Below are positions 1 through 10,530 of a DNA stretch of 64,000 nt, piece by piece (the stretch's first letter is position 1; every line of letters begins with the position of its first letter). The DNA is taken from the NCBI GenBank assembly GCA_964057225.1, contig OZ059897.1, positions 3,844,001-3,908,000 on the forward strand, written 5' to 3'. The notes under the pieces are model-generated. The model did no database searches and had not been told where the DNA came from. It worked only from the letters and a program-made list of their open reading frames with translations. The stretch comes from Auanema rhodensis. Lineage: Eukaryota; Animalia; Nematoda. A program made the position numbers and the translations under genes.

Positions 1-267
1 CATTGTAGTATAGTGCATTCGATGCGGATTTTTAAGCTGCGTTGATCTGTGTTATCAGATTTGAGTTAACTTAAAAATGCACCGAGATATCAACTGATAT
101 AGGTTCACACATATATCCTCGATTTTCACCCTGAAGAAAAGATTTTTTCGTTGAAAAACATTGTCCATCGTCTTCGTCTTGAAAACAGGAATCTAAAAAC
201 ATCTACTTTTTGTGAAATTATTCAGAAATTTTTCGGGAAAATTTTTGTCAAAATGTTTTTGGAAGCA

Positions 268-295
268 ATGTTGAGTGTACATGGGAACTCAACAT
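268..295. other. Inverted repeat ATGTTGAGT-N10-ACTCAACAT, present in each monomer (coordinates for monomer 1)
   Basis: Perfect 9-bp arms at 268-276 and 287-295, and the central CATG is symmetric about the same axis. A common A292G variant exists. Confidence 0.9.
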
Positions 296-299
296 ACAC

Positions 300-309
300 T
301 AATGCATTA
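300..309. other. Perfect 10-bp palindrome TAATGCATTA in each monomer (contains an NsiI site)
   Basis: Read directly from the sequence; I noticed no variant copy. Confidence 0.9.
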
Positions 310-3300
310 TTTTTCAAACGATCATAACTAATTTTTGTATAGAGCGTTTCTCAATGTAGTATAGTGCATTCGATGCGGATTTTTAAGCTGCGTTGATCTG
401 TGTTATCAGATTTGGGTTAACTTAAAAATGCACCGAGATATCAACTGATATATGTTCACACTTATATCCTCGATTTTCACCCTGAAGAAATGATTTTTTC
501 GTTGAAAAACATTGTCCATCGTATTCGTCTTGAAAAAAGGAATCTAAAAACATTTACTTTTTGTGAAATTATTTAGAAATTTTTCGGGAAAATTTTTGTC
601 AAAATGTTTTTGGAAGCAATGTTGAGTGTACATGGGAACTCAACATACACTAATGCATTATTTTTCAAACGATCATAACTAATTTTTGTATAGAGCGTTT
701 CTCATTGTAGTATAGTGCATTCGATGCGGATTTTTAAGCTGCGTTGATCTGTGTTATCAGATTTGAGTTAACTTAAAAATGCACCGAGATATCAACTGAT
801 ATAGGTTCACACATATATCCTCGATTTTCACCCTGAAGAAAAGATTTTTTCGTTGAAAAACATTGTCCATCGTATTCGTCTTGAAAAAAGGAATCTAAAA
901 ACATCTACTTTTTGTGAAATTATTTAGAAATTTTTCGGGAAAATTTTTGTCAAAATGTTTTTGGAAGCAATGTTGAGTGTACATGGGAACTCAACATACA
1001 CTAATGCATTATTTTTCAAACGATCATAACTAATTTTTGTATAGAGCGTTTCTCATTGTAGTATAGTGCATTCGATGCGGATTTTTAAGCTGCGTTGATC
1101 TGTGTTATCAGATTTGAGTTAACTTAAAAATGCACCGAGATATCAACTGATATAGGTTCACACATATATCCTCGATTTTCACCCTGAAGAAAAGATTTTT
1201 TCGTTGAAAAACATTGTCCATCGTCTTCGTCTTGAAAACAGGAATCTAAAAACATCTACTTTTTGTGAAATTATTCAGAAATTTTTCGGGAAAATTTTTG
1301 TCAAAATGTTTTTGGAAGCAATGTTGAGTGTACATGGGAACTCAACATACACTAATGCATTATTTTTCAAACGATCATAACTAATTTTTGTATAGAGCGT
1401 TTCTCAATGTAGTATAGTGCATTCGATGCGGATTTTTAAGCTGCGTTGATCTGTGTTATCAGATTTGGGTTAACTTAAAAATGCACCGAGATATCAACTG
1501 ATATATGTTCACACTTATATCCTCGATTTTCACCCTGAAGAAATGATTTTTTCGTTGAAAAACATTGTCCATCGTATTCGTCTTGAAAAAAGGAATCTAA
1601 AAACATCTACTTTTTGTGAAATTATTTAGAAATTTTTCGGGAAAATTTTTGTCAAAATGTTTTTGGAAGCAATGTTGAGTGTACATGGGAACTCAACATA
1701 CACTAATGCATTATTTTTCAAACGATCATAACTAATTTTTGTATAGAGCGTTTCTCAATGTAGTATAGTGCATTCGATGCGGATTTTTAAGCTGCGTTGA
1801 TCTGTGTTATCAGATTTGGGTTAACTTAAAAATGCACCGAGATATCAACTGATATATGTTCACACTTATATCCTCGATTTTCACCCTGAAGAAATGATTT
1901 TTTCGTTGAAAAACATTGTCCATCGTATTCGTCTTGAAAAAAGGAATCTAAAAACATCTACTTTTTGTGAAATTATTTAGAAATTTTTCGGGAAAATTTT
2001 TGTCAAAATGTTTTTGGAAGCAATGTTGAGTGTACATGGGAACTCAACATACACTAATGCATTATTTTTCAAACGATCATAACTAATTTTTGTATAGAGC
2101 GTTTCTCATTGTAGTATAGTGCATTCGATGCGGATTTTTAAGCTGCGTTGATCTGTGTTATCAGATTTGAGTTAACTTAAAAATGCACCGAGATATCAAC
2201 TGATATAGGTTCACACTTATATCCTCGATTTTCACCCTGAAGAAATGATTTTTTCGTTAAAAAACATTGTCCATCGTATTCGTCTTGAAAAAAGGAATCT
2301 AAAAAAATCTACTTTTTGTGAAATTATTTAGAAATTTTTCGGGAAAATTTTTGTCAAAATGTTTTTGGAAGCAATGTTGAGTGTACATGGGAACTCAACA
2401 TACACTAATGCATTATTTTTCAAACGATCATAACTAATTTTTGTATAGAGCGTTTCTCATTGTAGTATAGTGCATTCGATGCGGATTTTTAAGCTGCGTT
2501 GATCTGTGTTATCAGATTTGAGTTAACTTAAAAATGCACCGAGATATCAACTGATATAGGTTCACACTTATATCCTCGATTTTCACCCTGAAGAAATGAT
2601 TTTTTCGTTGAAAAACATTGTCCATCGTATTCGTCTTGAAAAAAGGAATCTAAAAACATCTACTTTTTGTGAAATTATTTAGAAATTTTTCGGGAAAATT
2701 TTTGTCAAAATGTTTTTGGAAGCAATGTTGAGTGTACATGGGAACTCAACATACACTAATGCATTATTTTTCAAACGATCATAACTAATTTTTGTATAGA
2801 GCGTTTCTCAATGTAGTATAGTGCATTCGATGCGGATTTTTAAGCTGCGTTGATCTGTGTTATCAGATTTGAGTTAACTTAAAGATGCACCGAGATATCA
2901 ACTGATATATGTTCACACTTATATCCTCGATTTTCACCCTGAAGAAATGATTTTTTCGTTGAAAAACATTGTCCATCGTATTGGTCTTGAAAAAAGGAAT
3001 CTAAAAACATCTACTTTTTGTGAAATTATTTAGAAATTTTTCGGGAAAATTTTTGTCAAAATGTTTTTGGAAGCAATGTTGAGTGTAAATGGGAACTCAA
3101 CATACACTAATGCATTATTTTTCAAACGATCATAACTAATTTTTGTATAGAGCGTTTCTTATTGTAGTATAGTGCATTCGATGCGGATTTTTAAGCTGCG
3201 TTGATCTGTGTTATCAGATTTGAGTTAACTTAAAAATGCACCGAGATATCAACTGATATAGGTTCACACATATATCCTCGATTTTCACCCTGAAGAAAAG

Positions 3301-3510
3301 ATTTTTTCGTTGAAAAACATTGTCCATCGTCTTCGTCTTGAAAACAGGAATCTAAAAACATCTACTTTTTGTGAAATTATTCAGAAATTTTTCGGGAAAA
3401 TTTTTGTCAAAATGTTTTTGGAAGCAATGTTGAGTGTACATGGGAACTCAACATACACTAATGCATTATTTTTCAAACGATCATAACTAATTTTTGTATG
3501 GAGCGTTTCT

Positions 3511-6500
3511 CAATGTAGTATAGTGCATTCGATGCGGATTTTTAAGCTGCGTTGATCTGTGTTATCAGATTTGCGCTAGCTTAAAAATGCACCGAGTAAT
3601 CAACTGATATAGGTTCACACTTATATCCTCGATTTTCACCCTGAAGAATTAATTTTTTCGTTGAAAAACATTGTCCATCGTCTTTGCCTTGAAAAAAGAA
3701 ATCTAAAAACTCCTACTTTTTGTGAAATTATTTAGAAATTTTTCGGGAAAATTTTTGTCACAATGTTTTTGGAAGCAATGTTGAGTGTACATGGGAACTC
3801 AGCATACACTAATGCATTATTTTTCAAACGATCATAACTAATTTTTGTATGGAGCGTTTCTCAATGTAGTATAGTGCATTCGATGCGAATTTTTAAGCTG
3901 CGTTGATCTGTGTTATCAGATTTGAGTTAACTTAAAGATGCACCGAGTAATCAACTGATATAGGTTCACACTTATATCCTCGATTTTCACCCTGAAGAAT
4001 TAATTTTTTCGTTGAATAACATTGTCCATCGTCTTTGCCTTGAAAACAGAAATCTAAAAACTCCTACTTTTTGTGAAATTATTTAGAAATTTTTCGGGAA
4101 AATTTTTGTCACAATGTTTTTGGAAGCAATGTTGAGTGTACATGGGAACTCAGCATACACTAATGCATTATTTTTCAAACGATCATAACTAATTTTTGTA
4201 TAGAGCGTTTCTCAATGTAGTATAGTGCATTCGATGCGGATTTTTAAGCTGCGTTGATCTGTGTTATCAGATTTGAGTTAACTTAAAAATGCACCGAGAT
4301 ATCAACTGATATAGGTTCACACATATATCCTCGATTTTCACCCTGAAGAAAAGATTTTTTCGTTGAAAAACATTGTCCATCGTCTTCGTCTTGAAAACAG
4401 GAATCTAAAAACATCTACTTTTTGTGAAATTATTTAGAAATTTTTCGGGAAAATTTTTGTCAAAATGTTTTTGGAAGCAATGTTGAGTGTACATGGGAAC
4501 TCAACATACACTAATGCATTATTTTTCAAACGATCATAACTAATTTTTGTATGGAGCGTTTCTCAATGTAGTATAGTGCATTCGATGCGGATTTTTAAGC
4601 TGCGTTGATCTGTGTTATCAGATTTGCGCTAGCTTAAAAATGCACCGAGTAATCAACTGATATAGGTTCACACTTATATCCTCGATTTTCACCCTGAAGA
4701 ATTAATTTTTTCGTTGAATAACATTGTCCATCGTCTTTGCCTTGAAAAAAGAAATCTAAAAACTCCTACTTTTTGTGAAATTATTTAGAAATTTTTCGGG
4801 AAAATTTTTGTCACAATGTTTTTGGAAGCAATGTTGAGTGTACATGGGAACTCAGCATACACTAATGCATTATTTTTCAAACGATCATAACTAATTTTTG
4901 TATGGAGCGTTTCTCAATGTAGTATAGTGCATTCGATGCGAATTTTTAAGCTGCGTTGATCTGTGTTATCAGATTTGCGCTAGCTTAAAAATGCACCGAG
5001 TAATCAACTGATATAGGTTCACACTTATATCCTCGATTTTCACCCTGAAGAATTAATTTTTTCGTTGAATAACATTGTCCATCGTCTTTGCCTTGAAAAC
5101 AGAAATCTAAAAACTCCTACTTTTTGTGAAATTATTTAGAAATTTTTCGGGAAAATTTTTGTCACAATGTTTTTGGAAGCAATGTTGAGTGTACATGGGA
5201 ACTCAGCATACACTAATGCATTATTTTTCAAACGATCATAACTAATTTTCGTATAGAGCGTTTCTCAATGTAGTATAGTGCATTCGATGCGGATTTTTAA
5301 GCTGCGTCGATCTGTGTTATCAGATTTGAGTTAGCTTGAAAATGCACCGAGATATCAACTGATATATGTTCACACTTATATCCTCGATTTTCACCCTGAA
5401 GAATTAATTTTTTCGTTGAATAACATTGTCCATCGTCTTTGCCTTGAAAAAAGAAATCTAAAAACTCCTACTTTTTGTGAAATTAATTAGAAATTTTTCG
5501 GGAAAATTTTTGTCACAATGTTTTTGGAAGCAATGTTGAGTGTACATGGGAACTCAGCATACACTAATGCATTATTTTTCAAACGATCATAACTAATTTT
5601 TGTATAGAGCGTTTCTCAATGTAGTATAGTGCATTCGATGCGGATTTTTAAGCTGCGTTGATCTGTGTTATCAGATTTGAGTTAACTTAAAAATGCACCG
5701 AGATATCAACTGATATATGTTCACACTTATATCCTCGATTTTCACCCTGAAGAAATGATTTTTTTGTTGAAAAACATTGTCCATCGTATTCGTCTTGAAA
5801 AAAGGAATCTAAAAACATCTACTTTTTGTGAAATTATTTAGAAATTTTTCGGGAAAATTTTTGTCAAAATGTTTTTGGAAGCAATGTTGAGTGTACATGG
5901 GAACTCAGCATACACTAATGCATTATTTTTCAAACGATCATAACTAATTTTTGTATAGAGCGTTTCTCAATGTAGTATAGTGCATTCGATGCGGATTTTT
6001 AAGCTGCGTTGATCTGTGTTATCAGATTTGCGCTAGCTTAAAAATGCACCGAGTAATCAACTGATATAGGTTCACACTTATATCCTCGATTTTCACCCTG
6101 AAGAATTAATTTTTTCGTTGAATAACATTGTCCATCGTCTTTGCCTTGAAAAAAGAAATCTAAAAACATCTACTTTTTGTGAAATTATTTAGAAATTTTT
6201 CGGGAAAATTTTTGTCACAATGTTTTTGGAAGCAATGTTGAGTGTACATGGGAACTCAGCATACACTAATGCATTATTTTTCAAACGATCATAACTAATT
6301 TTTGTATTAAGCGTTTATCAATGTAGTATAGTGCATTCGATGCGGATTTTTAAGCTGCGTTGATCTGTGTTATCAGATTTGAGTTAACTTAAAAATGCAC
6401 CGAGATATCAACTGATATATGTTCACACTTATATCCTCGATTTTCACCCTGAAGAAATGATTTTTTTGTTGAAAAACATTGTCTATCGTATTCGTCTTGA

Positions 6501-9500
6501 AAAAAGGAATCTAAAAACATCTACTTTTTGTGAAATTATTTAGAAATTTTTCGGGAAAATTTTTGTCAAAATGTTTTTGGAAGCAATGTTGAGTGTACAT
6601 GGGAACTCAGCATACACTAATGCATTATTTTTCAAACGATCATAACTAATTTTTGTATAGAGCGTTTCTCAATGTAGTATAGTGCATTCGATGCGGATTT
6701 TTAAGCTGCGTTGATCTGTGTTATCAGATTTGCGCTAGCTTAAAAATGCACCGAGTAATCAACTGATATAGGTTCACACTTATATCCTCGATTTTCACCC
6801 TGAAGAATTAATTTTTTCGTTGAATAACATTGTCCATCGTCTTTGCCTTGAAAAAAGAAATCTAAAAACATCTACTTTTTGTGAAATTATTTAGAAATTT
6901 TTTGGGAAAATTTTTGTCACAATGTTTTTGGAAGCAATGTTGAGTGTACATGGGAACTCAGCATACACTAATGCATTATTTTTCAAACGATCATAACTAA
7001 TTTTTGTATTAAGCGTTTATCAATGTAGTATAGTGCATTCGATGCGGATTTTTAAGCTGCGTTGATCTGTGTTATCAGATTTGAGTTAACTTAAAAATGC
7101 ACCGAGTAATCAACTGATATAGGTTCACACTTATATCCTCGATTTTCACCCTGAAGAATTAATTTTTTCGTTGAATAACATTGTCCATCGTCTTTGCCTT
7201 GAAAAAAGAAATCTAAAAACTCCTACTTTTTGTGAAATTATTTAGAAATTTTTCGGGAAAATTTTTGTCACAATGTTTTTGGAAGCAATGTTGAGTGTAC
7301 ATGGGAACTCAGCATACACTAATGCATTATTTTTCAAACGATCATAACTAATTTTTGTATGGAGCGTTTCTCAATGTAGTATAGTGCATTCGATGCGAAT
7401 TTTTAAGCTGCGTTGATCTGTGTTATCAAATTTGCGCTAGCTTAAAAATGCACCGAGTAATCAACTGATATAGGTTCACACTTATATCCTCGATTTTCAC
7501 CCTGAAGAATTAATTTTTTCGTTGAATAACATTGTCCATCGTCTTTGCCTTGAAAACAGAAATCCAAAAACTCCTACTTTTTGTGAAATTATTTAGAAAT
7601 TTTTCGGGAAAATTTTTGTCACAATGTTTTTGGAAGCAATGTTGAGTGTACATGGGAACTCAGCATACACTAATGCATTATTTTTCAAACGATCATAACT
7701 AATTTTTGTATAGAGCGTTTCTCAATGTAGTATAGTGCATTCGATGCGGATTTTTAAGCTGCGTCGATCTGTGTTATCAGATTTGAGTTAACTTAAAAAT
7801 GCACCGAGATATCAACTGATATATGTTCACACTTATATCCTCGATTTTCACCCTGAAGAAATGATTTTTTTGTTGAAAAACATTGTCCATCGTATTCGTC
7901 TTGAAAAAAGGAATCTAAAAACATCTACTTTTTGTGAAATTATTTAGAAATTTTTCGGGAAAATTTTTGTCAAAATGTTTTTGGAAGCAATGTTGAGTGT
8001 ACATGGGAACTCAGCATACACTAATGCATTATTTTTCAAACGATCATAACTAATTTTTGTATAGAGCGTTTCTCAATGTAGTATAGTGCATTCGATGCCG
8101 ATTTTTAAGCTGCGTTGATCTGTGTTATCAGATTTGAGTTAACTTAAAAATGCACCGAGTAATCAACTGATATAGGTTCACACTTATATCCTCGATTTTC
8201 ACCCTGAAGAATTAATTTTTTCGTTGAATAACATTGTCCATCGTCTTTGCCTTGAAAAAAGAAATCTAAAAACTCCTACTTTTTGTGAAATTATTTAGAA
8301 ATTTTTCGGGAAAATTTTTGTCACAATGTTTTTGGAAGCAATGTTGAGTGTACATGGGAACTCAGCATACACTAATGCATTATTTTTCAAACGATCATAA
8401 CTAATTTTTGTATGGAGCGTTTCTCAATGTAGTATAGTGCATTCGATGCGAATTTTTAAGCTGCGTTGATCTGTGTTATCAGATTTGCGCTAGCTTAAAA
8501 ATGCACCGAGTAATCAACTGATATAGGTTCACACTTATATCCTCGATTTTCACCCTGAAGAATTAATTTTTTCGTTGAATAACATTGTCCATCGTCTTTG
8601 CCTTGAAAACAGAAATCTAAAAACTCCTACTTTTTGTGAAATTATTTAGAAATTTTTCGGGAAAATTTTTGTCACAATGTTTTTGGAAGCAATGTTGAGT
8701 GTACATGGGAACTCAGCATACACTAATGCATTATTTTTCAAACGATCATAACTAATTTTTGTATAGAGCGTTTCTCAATGTAGTATAGTGCATTCGATGC
8801 GGATTTTTAAGCTGCGTCGATCTGTGTTATCAGATTTGAGTTAGCTTGAAAATGCACCGAGATATCAACTGATATATGTTCACACTTATATCCTCGATTT
8901 TCACCCTGAAGAATTAATTTTTTCGTTGAATAACATTGTCCATCGTCTTTGCCTTGAAAAAAGAAATCTAAAAACTCCTACTTTTTGTGAAATTAATTAG
9001 AAATTTTTCGGGAAAATTTTTGTCACAATGTTTTTGGAAGCAATGTTGAGTGTACATGGGAACTCAGCATACACTAATGCATTATTTTTCAAACGATCAT
9101 AACTAATTTTTGTATAGAGCGTTTCTCAATGTAGTATAGTGCATTCGATGCGGATTTTTAAGCTGCGTTGATCTGTGTTATCAGATTTGAGTTAACTTAA
9201 AAATGCACCGAGATATCAACTGATATATGTTCACACTTATATCCTCGATTTTCACCCTGAAGAAATGATTTTTTTGTTGAAAAACATTGTCCATCGTATT
9301 CGTCTTGAAAAAAGGAATCTAAAAACATCTACTTTTTGTGAAATTATTTAGAAATTTTTCGGGAAAATTTTTGTCAAAATGTTTTTGGAAGCAATGTTGA
9401 GTGTACATGGGAACTCAGCATACACTAATGCATTATTTTTCAAACGATCATAACTAATTTTTGTATAGAGCGTTTCTCAATGTAGTATAGTGCATTCGAT

Positions 9501-10530
9501 GCCGATTTTTAAGCTGCGTTGATCTGTGTTATCAGATTTGCGCTAGCTTAAAAATGCACCGAGTAATCAACTGATATAGGTTCACACTTATATCCTCGAT
9601 TTTCACCCTGAAGAATTAATTTTTTCGTTGAATAACATTGTCCATCGTCTTTGCCTTGAAAAAAGAAATCTAAAAACATCTACTTTTTGTGAAATTATTT
9701 AGAAATTTTTCGGGAAAATTTTTGTCACAATGTTTTTGGAAGCAATGTTGAGTGTACATGGGAACTCAGCATACACTAATGCATTATTTTTCAAACGATC
9801 ATAACTAATTTTTGTATTAAGCGTTTATCAATGTAGTATAGTGCATTCGATGCGGATTTTTAAGCTGCGTTGATCTGTGTTATCAGATTTGAGTTAACTT
9901 AAAAATGCACCGAGATATCAACTGATATATGTTCACACTTATATCCTCGATTTTCACCCTGAAGAAATGATTTTTTTGTTGAAAAACATTGTCCATCGTA
10001 TTCGTCTTGAAAAAAGGAATCTAAAAACATCTACTTTTTGTGAAATTATTTAGAAATTTTTCGGGAAAATTTTTGTCAAAATGTTTTTGGAAGCAATGTT
10101 GAGTGTACATGGGAACTCAGCATACACTAATGCATTATTTTTCAAACGATCATAACTAATTTTTGTATAGAGCGTTTCTCAATGTAGTATAGTGCAGTCG
10201 ATGCGGATTTTTAAGCTGCGTTGATCTGTGTTATCAGATTTGCGCTAGCTTAAAAATGCACCGAGTAATCAACTGATATAGGTTCACACTTATATCCTCG
10301 ATTTTCACCCTGAAGAATTAATTTTTTCGTTGAATAACATTGTCCATCGTCTTTGCCTTGAAAAAAGAAATCTAAAAACATCTACTTTTTGTGAAATTAT
10401 TTAGAAATTTTTCGGGAAAATTTTTGTCACAATGTTTTTGGAAGCAATGTTGAGTGTACATGGGAACTCAGCATACACTAATGCATTATTTTTCAAAAGA
10501 TCATAACTAATTTTCGTATAGAGCGTTTCT
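3511..10530. repeat. Satellite domain II (monomers 11-30), rich in B-type monomers, with a local duplication at a 10-monomer offset
   Basis: Domain alleles are GAGTAAT, AACTCCT, AGAAAT, TATGGAG, GCGAAT and TTTTTGTTG. Monomers 15-20 match 25-30 (AATTAATTAG at 5481 and 8991, offset 3510). Confidence 0.8.

Larger units (their letters stand above)
1..3510. repeat. Satellite domain I (monomers 1-10)
   Basis: All copies have GTTAAC at monomer positions 65-70 and AAAAAC around position 156. CATTG starts, CACATA, GAAAAG, AAACAGG and TTGGGTT are frequent. Monomers 1-2 resemble 4-5, and 5 resembles 6. Confidence 0.8.

Noticed and set aside
146-162. CENP-B box-like TTTCGTTGAAAAACATT
   Set aside because: It matches the TTCG...A half of CTTCGTTGGAAACGGGA but lacks the essential CGGG at the right spacing. 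The monomer's only CGGG is ~75 bp away, at 234-237.
280-288. Transcription-factor-like motifs (CATGGGAA CSL-like; GGGAAAATTT Rel-like at 235-244)
   Set aside because: These are short, imperfect matches expected by chance, with no supporting context.
1-351. Tandem 5S rRNA, tRNA, snRNA or spliced-leader gene array
   Set aside because: The unit size is compatible, but I recognise no 5S, tRNA cloverleaf, Pol III A/B box or snRNA/SL sequence. An Infernal/Rfam scan would settle it.
1-351. Monomer as a diverged dimer of ~175 bp
   Set aside because: I saw no similarity between the two halves by eye; only short internal subrepeats are evident.
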